The notes under the pieces are model-generated. The model ran no database searches and was not told the origin of the DNA. It saw only the letters and a program-made list of their open reading frames with translations. DNA of 64,000 bases, taken from positions 23,533-87,532 of IMG/VR virus record IMGVR_UViG_3300027788_000006; one strand, 5' to 3'. The position numbers were made by a program, and so were the translations under genes. The stretch's first letter is position 1. Every line of letters begins with the position of its first letter. This document shows positions 1 through 10,731 of this stretch, piece after piece. The stretch comes from a virus.

Positions 1-131
1 TCTATTAGATCTTTTTTAGCTTTATTTTTATCATATCTTTCCGATAATATACCACTAATCTCTTTAACACCTGTATCTACATAGGTGTTCATAAAAGGTT
101 TAAGTTCGTATTTACTATATTTATTAGCCAT
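1..131 (-). CDS. N-terminus of a putative virion cargo/ejection protein (runs off the window edge)
   Basis: ATG at 131, open to position 1 (MANKYSKYELKPFMNTYVDTGVKEISGILSERYDKNK...). Not in the ORF track. Follows the cargo genes. Confidence 0.6.
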   Translation of the reverse strand, partial: MANKYSKYELKPFMNTYVDTGVKEISGILSERYDKNKAKKDLI

Positions 132-135
132 ATTC

Positions 136-2694
136 TTATGTTATATATTTTTTCCATTCTTGAGATCCTTCTTTAACTCCTTTTTTCTTAAGTAACTCTT
201 TAAGGTGCCCTTCAGCATTATCATAAGAAGTACTTTTACTAGTAGTAGTCTCTCCTTGGTATCTTTCTAGGGCGTCTCTATTACCATCCATTACATGTGC
301 TATTTCTAAATCTGTTTTATTTTTATTTCTAGACATTTGCATTTCCATAGCACCGCCTACCATAGTATCTAATGCTTGTAGTTTTCTATCAAAAGTAGCA
401 GCATCTGCCCCTTTATTAAACTCATCTACATACATATTATTTTTAGTGTTATCTTGATCTGCTTGTAGCTGAGCTTTAAGATTAGTAGTAGAAGCTTCTA
501 AAGCTTTACCTTGATTAGTAGCGTCTGCATTTAATTTATTAGCTACATTCTTACCTTCAATATCCACATTAGCTTTAGTTTCTTGAGCATTGATAGCCAT
601 TCTCTTTTTAAATTTCGAACTCTGATTAGCCATCTTATTAGACATGTTACTCATACCACCTCCACTAGTCTCTACAAATCTGTCGAAGTTAGCAGCATCC
701 ATATCTAAGGCAGCTCTTTCAGGGTTAAAGTTTTGCATTCCTATTTTATCAGCTTTAATTCTTTCAGCTCTAATTGTAGGAGGCACTATAACATCTGGGT
801 TTGCCATATAGTCTGGTTTATCTGTCATAGCTACAGCTGCTGGTAAGAATTGTAGCATAGATAAATCTACACCATCTCCCCATCTTTTTCTACCAGTTTT
901 TGAAGTCTCAGTTATATTTTTCTCATCAACTATTTCTTTGTCAGTATTTGTTTCCTTTTCAGTTGGTTTCGCTGTTTTTCCCATTGATGTCTTACTCCAA
1001 GTAAACTCTCCCATCTTACCATCTATTCCAGTACTACCATCACCGTGAAATCCAGATTGTTTCATATAATCCTCTTTGCTAATACCTTGCTCTTTTAATT
1101 TTGACTGTAACTCTTCATCACCGTCAAATGTTGAGGATAAATTATCATTAAATTTCTCTTGAAATTGTTGAGTATGTTTCTCAGGATTAAACTCTTCCGG
1201 AGAATTTATATTCATAGATTTCATAAGATCTGCATTTCTATTGTAGAAATCATTCATATTTGATTCTCCTACTTCTCCAAAATATCCTTTACCTGATCCT
1301 TGCTGTGTATTTGCTATACCTTCATCTCCTAAATCATTTGCTCTATAAGAACCCTCTTCACCTCCTCCTGTATATCCGGCCTCAGTTGCAGCCTCAGTTA
1401 CTTTACTATAGTTCTCTCCATATGCATTAAATCTATCATTAGATTTATCATTAGATTTATTAGGGCTTGAGTCTTTTGCTTTTTCTACAGGGGCCGTATT
1501 ATTAACAGGACCATCTTTATGAGCTACAAATGGATCTCTATCAATCATATTTGGAACACCGTCTCCATCTAAATCATTATCAGTCTTATCAGGAGTTCCA
1601 TCTCCGTCCGTATCTATAGAGTCATCTGTCTGCCATTTAAACTTTCCTCCTTCTTTGTATTTCATAAATCCTCCACCTTTAGCAACTACTTCAGGGTTTC
1701 TACCTGCTATGATTTCTTGCTCTCTAGCTAAAGCATCTTTTGCCTGTTGGCTATCTCCATTTTTAACTATATCTTTATGCCACTCTGCTATTGGTATACC
1801 CCCTTTCTTAAGATGGCTAGAAAAAAAGTAATCTTTTTTAACTCCCCCCTTTTTCATAGTTATCTCATCTTGAGTTTCTCCATTTTCTACTTCTGCATTA
1901 TCAACTATAATACCACTATTCTGGCCGTTACTCTGTTCATGGCTTTGACCTGAATACTCTATAGCACTAGAACCTTCTGTTATAGGAGAGGCCATACCTC
2001 CTGATAAATGTACATTTTTACCTTTAGACACCGCAGATTTAACAGAGTTCATAGAGTTAGATACTCCTCCCTCTTCATAACGTCTTGCCGCATCACTATT
2101 AACTTCAGGGTTAGCTTCAATATAGTCCTGCTTCTTTTTATCTTGTTTTACTGTTACATAATCTTTATACCCTTCATTTGCCGCAGCTGCTAATGCAGAA
2201 CCTGCCAGCCACCACTTTCCAGATCCATCCCATAGCTTTTCTTTAAGGTAACCTGGGGTTTTCTTAACGGTATTTGTTACAGCTCCTGGCACACCTTTTA
2301 TTTTCTCTTTTATGGTTTTCTTAGCTACTTCTTTTTTTGTTTTGTTAACTACTGCCTTCTTAATTTTTTTAGTAACTGCAGGTACTACTCCCTTCTTAAT
2401 AACTGCAGGTAACAGTAGACCAGTTGCTAATTTTGTAGCCGCAACTCCTTGACCAAAACCCGGTATCATAGTTGTAGCATTAACACCTGTATTAATAGCA
2501 TGTTTGTTTGCAGCTTCATCGTCTCCTATCACTTTGTTATAACCAGCTCTTACAGCTGATATACCAGTATTCAGAGCATCTGGTATTACACCCCAAGCTG
2601 GAGTCATACCCCCAACTGTTAAACCAGTTTGAATTTTGTCCCACCAGCCAGTTGGACCTCCCGTTTTATATGCGTGTAGTTTTCTTTTTGCCAT
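136..2694 (-). CDS. Putative virion cargo (internal/ejected) protein with DxDGDG Ca-binding repeats
   Basis: 852 aa, downstream of the muzzle gene as in crAss-like phages. Contains GQSHEQ...GI..DNAEVENGET, several xxGG motifs and DTDGDGTPDKTDNDLDGDGVPN. Confidence 0.6.
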   Translation of the reverse strand: MAKRKLHAYKTGGPTGWWDKIQTGLTVGGMTPAWGVIPDALNTGISAVRAGYNKVIGDDEAANKHAINTGVNATTMIPGFGQGVAATKLATGLLLPAVIKKGVVPAVTKKIKKAVVNKTKKEVAKKTIKEKIKGVPGAVTNTVKKTPGYLKEKLWDGSGKWWLAGSALAAAANEGYKDYVTVKQDKKKQDYIEANPEVNSDAARRYEEGGVSNSMNSVKSAVSKGKNVHLSGGMASPITEGSSAIEYSGQSHEQSNGQNSGIIVDNAEVENGETQDEITMKKGGVKKDYFFSSHLKKGGIPIAEWHKDIVKNGDSQQAKDALAREQEIIAGRNPEVVAKGGGFMKYKEGGKFKWQTDDSIDTDGDGTPDKTDNDLDGDGVPNMIDRDPFVAHKDGPVNNTAPVEKAKDSSPNKSNDKSNDRFNAYGENYSKVTEAATEAGYTGGGEEGSYRANDLGDEGIANTQQGSGKGYFGEVGESNMNDFYNRNADLMKSMNINSPEEFNPEKHTQQFQEKFNDNLSSTFDGDEELQSKLKEQGISKEDYMKQSGFHGDGSTGIDGKMGEFTWSKTSMGKTAKPTEKETNTDKEIVDEKNITETSKTGRKRWGDGVDLSMLQFLPAAVAMTDKPDYMANPDVIVPPTIRAERIKADKIGMQNFNPERAALDMDAANFDRFVETSGGGMSNMSNKMANQSSKFKKRMAINAQETKANVDIEGKNVANKLNADATNQGKALEASTTNLKAQLQADQDNTKNNMYVDEFNKGADAATFDRKLQALDTMVGGAMEMQMSRNKNKTDLEIAHVMDGNRDALERYQGETTTSKSTSYDNAEGHLKELLKKKGVKEGSQEWKKYIT

Positions 2695-2695
2695 A

Positions 2696-2917
2696 TTATT
2701 TATGTGTGCAACCGCCTAGTTTAGCAATATCTTTTTCTAACTCTACTATACGATCTTCGTTTTCATTAATTATTTTAATCTTCTTTTCTAACCTCCCTTC
2801 TAATACAACTAAGTCTATTCCAAGTTGATTTATCTGACTGTATGCAATACCCATAGTAAATATTATGCCCATAATCCAAATTATGTTCCCTATATTTAAA
2901 GTAAAGTCTTTCATCAC
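2696..2917 (-). CDS. Small membrane protein (one TM helix plus coiled coil)
   Basis: IGNIIWIMGIIFTMGIAY hydrophobic stretch followed by a heptad-like tail. Overlaps the upstream stop (ATGA). Confidence 0.6.
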   Translation of the reverse strand: MMKDFTLNIGNIIWIMGIIFTMGIAYSQINQLGIDLVVLEGRLEKKIKIINENEDRIVELEKDIAKLGGCTHK

Positions 2918-4293
2918 GAGGCACGTTTTATATACCCTCCATTTCCATAACTAGGCATTCTATTAAATCCTCCTTTTCTAGCAGATACATTATTTCCTAA
3001 ATCGTACCCAGAATAAGTCTTAGCTTTCATTTCCGCTGCGTTAGTCCTAGCCATTTGGCCTACAAAAGATTTAGTAGTTTTTGTATTTGTTTCAGTAGCT
3101 TTTACTTGTGCTTTTGCTTCTGCAGCTTTCTTTTCTTTTCTAGCTTTCTTTCTATTAGCTAATCCTTGCCATGTAGCTACACCGGCTCCTATAACACCTC
3201 CTACAACTGCTCCAACTGCATTACCTATTACAGGAACAGCTGATCCTACCATAGCCCCATAACCAGCATAAGATCCTGCTTTAGCAAGTATATCTCCAGT
3301 AGCTTCCCCTGCATTCCAAGTAGTAGCGTCACCATCATCAGAGCCCATACTAATTGCAGTACCTGCTATGTTAGCAGCTGTTGCATATGGATTAGGATTA
3401 AAAGTACTACCAGCAGCTGCCTTCACTCCTTCTTTTCCTCCAGCCTCAAGTAGTTTTTGAGCCGCTAGATCTGCAGCTTTCTTTGTTGCTTCCTTCCCAA
3501 CTTTATCAACTACTAAATCTTTACCTTTATCGATAGCAAGATCCTTTGCCTTATCAATTACTATATCCTTACCTTTATTTAAAGCAGCATCTTTAGCTTT
3601 ATCGATTATTATATCTTTACCTTGATCTAACGCAAACTTACTAGCTTGATCTGCTCCAAATCCAGCTGTATAATCCATAGCTTTATTTTGAGCTTGATCA
3701 ACAAGAACCTCTTGTCCTTTATGAGTAGCCGCGTCAGCTAATGCCTTACTAACTCCTTCATTTGCTTTTTGTCTAGCAACATTTCCAAACCCTTCTCCTG
3801 CAATAGATTCAGCAGCTTTCCTCTCTGCTTCTTTCATAGCCTTTCTTCTAAAGACTTTCATACCAGCTGTTTTAATACCTTGCTTAGCGTCCAGTGCTTT
3901 ATCTTTTATATTACCAAGTACATCAGTACTTTTACCACCGTCTGTTAAAGTGTCTATACCTTTACCCACAGTACCATCTAAAGACTGTGCTTTAGCTTTT
4001 CTAGAGGCAGCATCTTCTTCAACTGCAGCTAAATCTTGCTCCTTTTGATTAGAAATATCTGATGCGATAGAATTAGCATTTGATGCTAGAGTCTCATTAT
4101 TTTTTAATTTAGCATTTTTAGCAGCTTCTAATATTTGTGGATTAGCTTCCTCATACACTATAGACTCAGTAGATCCTGCAGCACCTTGAGCAGCGGATCC
4201 TACAGTATTATTTTCGTACATTCCTCCAGGTGCATATTTTTTAGGCTTTCTAACTGCGTATTTTGATTTATATTTTGATTTAATTTTTTTCAT
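2914..4293 (-). CDS. Putative ejection/cargo protein with a C-terminal glycine zipper
   Basis: Ala/Lys-rich helical protein with GAMVGSAVPVIGNAVGAVVGGVIGAG and tandem DK(A/G)KD repeats. Directly after the muzzle gene. Confidence 0.55.
   Translation of the reverse strand: MKKIKSKYKSKYAVRKPKKYAPGGMYENNTVGSAAQGAAGSTESIVYEEANPQILEAAKNAKLKNNETLASNANSIASDISNQKEQDLAAVEEDAASRKAKAQSLDGTVGKGIDTLTDGGKSTDVLGNIKDKALDAKQGIKTAGMKVFRRKAMKEAERKAAESIAGEGFGNVARQKANEGVSKALADAATHKGQEVLVDQAQNKAMDYTAGFGADQASKFALDQGKDIIIDKAKDAALNKGKDIVIDKAKDLAIDKGKDLVVDKVGKEATKKAADLAAQKLLEAGGKEGVKAAAGSTFNPNPYATAANIAGTAISMGSDDGDATTWNAGEATGDILAKAGSYAGYGAMVGSAVPVIGNAVGAVVGGVIGAGVATWQGLANRKKARKEKKAAEAKAQVKATETNTKTTKSFVGQMARTNAAEMKAKTYSGYDLGNNVSARKGGFNRMPSYGNGGYIKRAS
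3495..3640 (-). repeat. Intragenic tandem repeat, ~8-aa/24-nt unit
   Basis: DQGKDIII-DKAKDAAL-NKGKDIVI-DKAKDLAI-DKGKDLVV-DK in the 459-aa protein. Coordinates approximate. Confidence 0.7.
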
Positions 4294-7200
4294 TATCGTG
4301 TCATTATTCTAGACTCCACAGTGGTAGAGTACAAATTTAGTAAATTATTTGAAACATTGTCATAAATTAAACGAATTCCTATCCATTTATCTATGAATTT
4401 CTTTTGCGTACTCCAGTTTTTAGTTAGATCTATATACACTGGGTTAGGATATTTTATAACTCCTGTGTATAAAAACATAGGATTTGTAGTAGATGTTGTT
4501 ATAGTTCCTACATTTAACGTGCCTATAGTATTAGTGTTTGTAGAAACATAATAAGCTGATGTATCTATAGCTATTGCAGCCATATCTCTAAACCTATTAA
4601 TTTTCCAATTGTTACCTATTTTTCTAGTATTAACTAAATATTCTAAAGGAGTAGTATGTAAACCACTTATCTGTAATGTATTGTATAAGAAGTAAGAAGT
4701 AAAACCATGCTCTAATACTCTGATGCCCGCTGCATTGTATACATCGAGAGTATATGCAATGCTAGAAGTTAAAGTTGTTACATTTCTTAATTCATTATGT
4801 ATATATTCTATTTCAAAAGGCTTATAATCTGCTACAAAGTGTTCTAGTGAAGTAAGCGGAGTATCGTGTATTGACACAGACGCAGGATCCTCTTGGTATA
4901 TAAGACCTCTTCTATTAGAGTTATGCTCCCAGATTGTCCCGTTTCCTAACTCAGAACCTACCAACGCGCTAATACTACCTGCAGTAAGTAGACCATCTAC
5001 TATTGGGTATTGATCCGTAAGAGAATAGAAATTAGTAGAAGTATTAAAATATATATATGGTACATAACTATGCAAACTAACCCAAATATTTAATTCAGGA
5101 TAATATGATATAGTCCACCCCGCAACTGCAAAGTAATTATGGTTATCCCAAGCTATTGCAGTTGTAAGATACATACCACCTCCTTGATGATCATGATAAT
5201 AAAACCGTTTATTAGTGGTATTAAATGTAATATAATCTGCACCCACAACATTACTTAGTCCATTAGCAAATAAGTTTTGTCCTGATTGAGTAAGAATGTA
5301 TTCTCGTTTAGTTAATATTATTCTTCTATGCTTAGGGTCCCATACAGAATGCAGTCCAAATCCATCTATAGGATTATCAAAGTCTTTAGATTTCCATCCG
5401 TAATCTTCAAGTTGAAAGTGTAAGTTTTTACGGAACCACTTCTTCATACCTAAATCACTTAATTCTGTAAGTTTATCTTTCATTAGAAATACTTTCTTTG
5501 AATCTACATCTACAAAAAAGTGGCCAAATCTAGTTGTTAATACAGACCACTGAGATGTACACCCACCATACCCATCATCTGTAAGAACTATTTCTGAAGG
5601 CTCTTGCTTGAAAATATCTCCACTTCCTACGTAAGCTTCAGACCCATCTTTCATTTCCATAGTTTGTTTACCTTGAGTTTTTAATAAACTCTCTTCCATA
5701 TGAAAATATAATAAGTTATTGAACGAAGCCAATTTCCATAAATCTCCTCTATTTTTAGGTAAGTCTTTAAACTGATTAGATAAGAAAACTCTATAGTTAT
5801 CTATTAAACTACTAGTATCATTCTTAGCTGATCTGTGCACTCTAGTAGGAAAATCTAATTGTTTTGTTTCACTAAGAGGTAAAGGAAAAGCTACACGTAT
5901 ATCATTTTGCTCTGAATAATTTTTATTATATTTAATATTTTCTTGGTCTGTAAAATCAATTTGTCCTGCTAATCTTAATAAATCCTTAGCTGGTGTAGCC
6001 GGGAAGTATAAACTGTTGTCAGATTCTATATGTCTAAAGTTTATATTATCTGTAGACTCCACTATATGGTAATGTATTGCTTTTCTAGGGCGTGAGTCTG
6101 AAGTAATATCACTCTGAGTTAATGAAGTAACTACTCCGTATCTACATAAATATGTATCACCTCCAAATATACCTGTATCAATATCAGGTAAATTTTGCCA
6201 ATTACTTCCTTGCAGAGTTGTTATACGATAATCTGCAGTCTCTCCGTTATGCGTATTTGTAAGAGGCTGGTTTGTTGATTCTGTAAAAATAAAGTTATCT
6301 AGATCGTCTCCTAAGACTTCAAAGCCTGTCCATATTAATTCTTGCGAATCTATAGATTTATAAACATCTGTTTTAAAAGCTTCTAAGTTAAATATATGAT
6401 AAGTACTTCTAGTTCCTACTGGCCCTCCCCCTGCATTATTGGATGCATTGATCAGTAAAGGAGGTGCTATACTAGAATTAAAACCCCAAACTCCCCAATT
6501 ATTTACTGCGGTAGCTGTGGTAGGGAATCCACTACAAGACGTTAGAGGAGCATACCCACCACAAGAAGCATCTGCTGCAGTACAAAATGGTGTAAAACTA
6601 CCCATAGTATACATAGGAGTATTTAAACAATTTCCATACCCTGCAGCGTTTAGCGCACCTTGAGGATCTATACCGTGGTTATCTTTTAATTTAAATGCAA
6701 TAGAACTTTCTCCAAAAAGATTTACTAACTTACCTCCAAACCCTAAAGACTTACCATTAAAGATACTATCACCTTTTAAGTAAGTTTTGGCCTTCTGTCC
6801 TAGTAGTCTAGGGAATCTATAAGTTGCATTAGAACTACCAGAAGTCATAGCTCTATAGCCTGTTCTGTAGTACATTCCTATGTGTATAGATGAGTTTATT
6901 TTCTGAGCATAACAATTCTTAGCAGCATCCCAGCCCCATTCTTCTCTAGGCATTAATATTTCTGGATTAGTATTTTTGTCTTTTACTAATTTAGTATTCA
7001 TTCTCTTATCCTGATCCAATGAAGGTCCATTCCAAACTAAATTTTTAACTTGATATTGATGAGATATATGAGTAGCTCCAGCTAGACTATTCTTTGTTCT
7101 TAATAAATAAAAGTCATGGAAACTAAAAGCCATCATTGAATAGTTATGATTAACACCATTTGATGTAGACGTATGAGTGTATAATAGACCATCATTATCT

Positions 7201-9845
7201 TTTAACTGCTGATAAACCTCACCAAAACTCCAAGTGCTTCCTGCCCAAGGCATTACTGAATAAAATGATTCCGGCTCTGTTTGAGTCGAAGCTAAAACCT
7301 GCATAGCTTCAGAATCTCCACCTGCTTCTTTACACAGTCCTATAGCGGCATTCTTAGGGACCATTGGAATTATAGCAGCCTGCCCTAATATAGTTCTATC
7401 CGAATGTTTTCTTTTAGCGTAGTAAATTCTAAACCCTTGTACTTTGTCTGCTATTGTATCTGGTATTTTAATATCTTTTAATGTAAATCCTAATCTACTA
7501 ACTGTGTGTGAGATTTTAGCATCATTATAAACATCACCTGGAATATTTGCAGAATTAGCTGTAACATCTATTATAAAATAACCCAAACCACAACCTGAAT
7601 CTACACATTTTGTTCCAGCATGATATACTCCTGGTCCGTATGTCCCATCTTTATAGCTCCTAACCGTTAACTGATCACCTGCTACTAGATTTGTTGTATA
7701 ACCACTATTTGAATTATAATCAACTCTAACGTCCCAGTAATCATTGCCACAATCACCCCATCCCCCAAAAGTTGTTGTATCTCCTATGTGTCTAGTAGTA
7801 GCAGTTGCTGTAGTTTTCCAAACATGGGCCTTAGTTGTAGGATCATTAGACCCAGTCTTATGATAAGTGGTCTTATACTGAACAGTAACACTCATAGTTT
7901 GATCTGCTGTAAAAGTATTCGTTCCATTCCACAAAGCAGCCTCCATAGCAGGATCATTAGCCCCAGAAGGGTTATTAAATGTACACCTGAGTGCGGAGCC
8001 TACAGTAGGTGGGAGGTGAGTGGACTCGTGTTGGTAGTTATTCCTATTAAATCTAAGTTGTCCAGTCCAAGCTGTAATAGAAGTAAGACCTATACCTGCG
8101 CTTTTAGTAGTTAAACATCCGTGATCTTCCATGATACTTTTTCTACCATCATTCTCATTAGAAGGCATATGGTGATGCCTCACATTTTTTTGTTTTAAAC
8201 TGCCTATTAGTCCAGTCTGATCCCAGATTTCAAAGTCAGATGTGTTCGGATAAAACTCTGTAGCATTTTGCCAATAATTCATCTTCATAGTACCAAGTCC
8301 AGCCCATGCTCCTCCAGTAAAACTATACTCAAAGAAATGAAAGTTTTTAGCATACCCTTCACTTAACTCTTTAAAATCAGATGCAGTACCAAACCCTGAA
8401 GGCTGTGCTAACTCTTTAAGGTTAATAGTAGTACCCCCTACATCAATAAGATCTCTTCCAGGTATATGATAACCATATGACATACTACCATCATTCATAA
8501 TAAAAGCAATATAAAAAGCATATACTTCACTACGCATGTACCCTTTATATTTATAAATATTAGGAACATATCTGTAACTAGTTGTAGCATCTACAACTTG
8601 TTGTACATCTGCAAATTTATCTACCGGCTGTCCTTGAAACCCTGTAGTAAGATTATCTACTGTAGCATAATAATCATCAAAATTCTCAATGTCATGCGCA
8701 ACAGAGTTTAACTTAATATTATTAGCATATTTCTGATACCCAACATCTTTAGTACCAGTGGTATTACCTACATATAGTACTCCATCTAACTGTGAAATAG
8801 TCTTGGCAGTATCATACCCTACAGTATCTATAATAACTTTATCTAAATCTCCCGAAGCTGCTCCTTCTACTCCGGAGTATACAACTTCTAAACCTGATTT
8901 AGATATGAACTCAATATCCTTAAGTTTAATAGCTTTTATCTCATCCCCCATCTTACGTATTACTGTAGGTCTTAGTCTCTCATAATCTGTATTTAAATTG
9001 GATAACTTCCATTTAATAGCTTTTGATGTTTGAGTACCATCTTTAGCCCCATCTTTTTTTGTTGTAGGTCTAGTATGATCATACTCTTCTACTATACTAA
9101 CTGGATTAGAAACAGATAAATAATTTGTAGCTACTAAATCTGCATCTATATAAGCCACTGCTAAATAGTATACAGCAGTTCTTAACCCTCCTCCTTCTAT
9201 AATAGATTTTTGATACCTACCTGAAAGAACATCATCCAGTTCTATTCTAGGTACCGGACCAGAATTAGGAAACAAATTTAAAAGATCTCCATGTCGTTTA
9301 TGAGAAGTAGCTGGATTAATGTTATATAGTTTATTTCGAATAAATACATTAGGGACTTCCCTTATCTGTCTGTTTACATTAAAAGCTCTTGGGGGGTTTA
9401 AATCATCTGTCCAGTAAACTACTAAATCACCTTTAGAATCTACTTTAAACGTACCTTCTATTGGATGACTAGTTCGAAAATTTAGTTTGTTATTGGTAGC
9501 AGTTGGCCAATATAAAAGCTCATACACACCTGTGGTTCCATCCCATATCGCTATATGGTCTATACCCGCACTAGTTTTAGTAGGATCAATTTCACACATA
9601 AATAAAACTACTTTATCGTCAGGAACTTCAACTGCACCTAGAACTTTATTATACTGTCCTGACGCTACAGAAAAATATTTATCTATATGAGTCTGACCTT
9701 TAGCTATAGTTCCCCCTTCATTAGATAAGGACCCTTCTTTATCATTCATAAACATATCTAGCGCATGTCTCCACGAACCTTTCATCTGATCTATATGGCC
9801 AGAATCTTTGAATAGTCCTTTTAAAAATCTTTTTTCTTCTGCCAT
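4293..9845 (-). CDS. Tail stabilization / muzzle protein (crAss-like, P22 gp10-related)
   Basis: 1850 aa. Characteristic blocks YWTDDLNPPRAFN, YKGYMRSEVYAFYI, FGGDTYLCRY, WTISYYPELNIWVSLHSY. Syntenic after the ring protein. Confidence 0.8.
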   Translation of the reverse strand: MAEEKRFLKGLFKDSGHIDQMKGSWRHALDMFMNDKEGSLSNEGGTIAKGQTHIDKYFSVASGQYNKVLGAVEVPDDKVVLFMCEIDPTKTSAGIDHIAIWDGTTGVYELLYWPTATNNKLNFRTSHPIEGTFKVDSKGDLVVYWTDDLNPPRAFNVNRQIREVPNVFIRNKLYNINPATSHKRHGDLLNLFPNSGPVPRIELDDVLSGRYQKSIIEGGGLRTAVYYLAVAYIDADLVATNYLSVSNPVSIVEEYDHTRPTTKKDGAKDGTQTSKAIKWKLSNLNTDYERLRPTVIRKMGDEIKAIKLKDIEFISKSGLEVVYSGVEGAASGDLDKVIIDTVGYDTAKTISQLDGVLYVGNTTGTKDVGYQKYANNIKLNSVAHDIENFDDYYATVDNLTTGFQGQPVDKFADVQQVVDATTSYRYVPNIYKYKGYMRSEVYAFYIAFIMNDGSMSYGYHIPGRDLIDVGGTTINLKELAQPSGFGTASDFKELSEGYAKNFHFFEYSFTGGAWAGLGTMKMNYWQNATEFYPNTSDFEIWDQTGLIGSLKQKNVRHHHMPSNENDGRKSIMEDHGCLTTKSAGIGLTSITAWTGQLRFNRNNYQHESTHLPPTVGSALRCTFNNPSGANDPAMEAALWNGTNTFTADQTMSVTVQYKTTYHKTGSNDPTTKAHVWKTTATATTRHIGDTTTFGGWGDCGNDYWDVRVDYNSNSGYTTNLVAGDQLTVRSYKDGTYGPGVYHAGTKCVDSGCGLGYFIIDVTANSANIPGDVYNDAKISHTVSRLGFTLKDIKIPDTIADKVQGFRIYYAKRKHSDRTILGQAAIIPMVPKNAAIGLCKEAGGDSEAMQVLASTQTEPESFYSVMPWAGSTWSFGEVYQQLKDNDGLLYTHTSTSNGVNHNYSMMAFSFHDFYLLRTKNSLAGATHISHQYQVKNLVWNGPSLDQDKRMNTKLVKDKNTNPEILMPREEWGWDAAKNCYAQKINSSIHIGMYYRTGYRAMTSGSSNATYRFPRLLGQKAKTYLKGDSIFNGKSLGFGGKLVNLFGESSIAFKLKDNHGIDPQGALNAAGYGNCLNTPMYTMGSFTPFCTAADASCGGYAPLTSCSGFPTTATAVNNWGVWGFNSSIAPPLLINASNNAGGGPVGTRSTYHIFNLEAFKTDVYKSIDSQELIWTGFEVLGDDLDNFIFTESTNQPLTNTHNGETADYRITTLQGSNWQNLPDIDTGIFGGDTYLCRYGVVTSLTQSDITSDSRPRKAIHYHIVESTDNINFRHIESDNSLYFPATPAKDLLRLAGQIDFTDQENIKYNKNYSEQNDIRVAFPLPLSETKQLDFPTRVHRSAKNDTSSLIDNYRVFLSNQFKDLPKNRGDLWKLASFNNLLYFHMEESLLKTQGKQTMEMKDGSEAYVGSGDIFKQEPSEIVLTDDGYGGCTSQWSVLTTRFGHFFVDVDSKKVFLMKDKLTELSDLGMKKWFRKNLHFQLEDYGWKSKDFDNPIDGFGLHSVWDPKHRRIILTKREYILTQSGQNLFANGLSNVVGADYITFNTTNKRFYYHDHQGGGMYLTTAIAWDNHNYFAVAGWTISYYPELNIWVSLHSYVPYIYFNTSTNFYSLTDQYPIVDGLLTAGSISALVGSELGNGTIWEHNSNRRGLIYQEDPASVSIHDTPLTSLEHFVADYKPFEIEYIHNELRNVTTLTSSIAYTLDVYNAAGIRVLEHGFTSYFLYNTLQISGLHTTPLEYLVNTRKIGNNWKINRFRDMAAIAIDTSAYYVSTNTNTIGTLNVGTITTSTTNPMFLYTGVIKYPNPVYIDLTKNWSTQKKFIDKWIGIRLIYDNVSNNLLNLYSTTVESRIMTR

Positions 9846-9846
9846 T

Positions 9847-10731
9847 TTAATATCTGCTTAAATTTTCTCTAGTGTTTAAATCTTCAAAAAATGAATCATG
9901 TCTGTTCATGTTAGGTATTAGTCTAACCCACTGATCCATGAAACTAGCCATCTTATCTATATCTGGATAATTAGCTGCGTTCCTAGCTTGTGTGCAATAA
10001 AACTTCCACTGATCTTCTGCAAATTTATAATCTATACCATTCTTCTTTATATTAGGATTAAATAATAAAAGTTTTTTGTATATATACCAGAACATAGCTT
10101 CTTTAAAGCTGATCTCTGCTGGGACCATTGGGTAACAATCCGCATCAGTAGGAAATGCTGTATAACTTAAACATAGTTTTCCTGTTGGAAATGAGGTCTT
10201 AATAAAACCATTCTCTACTAAATAAGTATCTTTATATTTTGCTAACTCATTGACACATTCATCACAATGCATACTAGCATGAAATGTACTTGCACTGTAC
10301 TGTAAAGGCATCATGTGTACATCACTTTTAAAGTAAGAATTTTCCATTACTACTAACTGATTTGTTAGAAGCTGCAGTTCATGAGTTATCTGAGCATACT
10401 CTAACCCAGCTGCTTGAGCAGATGCTATCTGATCTTTTAATGCTGCTATACCAGCTATTATAGCATCATATATATCTGAGTCTTTAGTAGCCATAGCAGT
10501 ATTAACGGCCACTTGGTTTATATAATATAAATCATGAGGCAAATATACTTTATGATTAACTACATTAAGAACAGTTTGTTTATGTTCCAATTGAGTACTT
10601 GCACCTATGTGCTCTAAAGCTTCTCCTATCCACTCAATTGCATCATCAATCCAGTTATCGTCGTCTGGTTTAAGATCTCTAAATACTTTACGTATTATTT
10701 CTTTACTTGATATTGTATTATATATAGCCAT
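9847..10731 (-). CDS. Tail tubular/ring protein (P22 gp4-like, crAss-type)
   Basis: DAIEWIGEALEHIG, Y..ENGFIKTSF..G...LSY.AFPTD...YPMVP. Between the IHF-like gene and the muzzle gene. Confidence 0.75.
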   Translation of the reverse strand: MAIYNTISSKEIIRKVFRDLKPDDDNWIDDAIEWIGEALEHIGASTQLEHKQTVLNVVNHKVYLPHDLYYINQVAVNTAMATKDSDIYDAIIAGIAALKDQIASAQAAGLEYAQITHELQLLTNQLVVMENSYFKSDVHMMPLQYSASTFHASMHCDECVNELAKYKDTYLVENGFIKTSFPTGKLCLSYTAFPTDADCYPMVPAEISFKEAMFWYIYKKLLLFNPNIKKNGIDYKFAEDQWKFYCTQARNAANYPDIDKMASFMDQWVRLIPNMNRHDSFFEDLNTRENLSRY

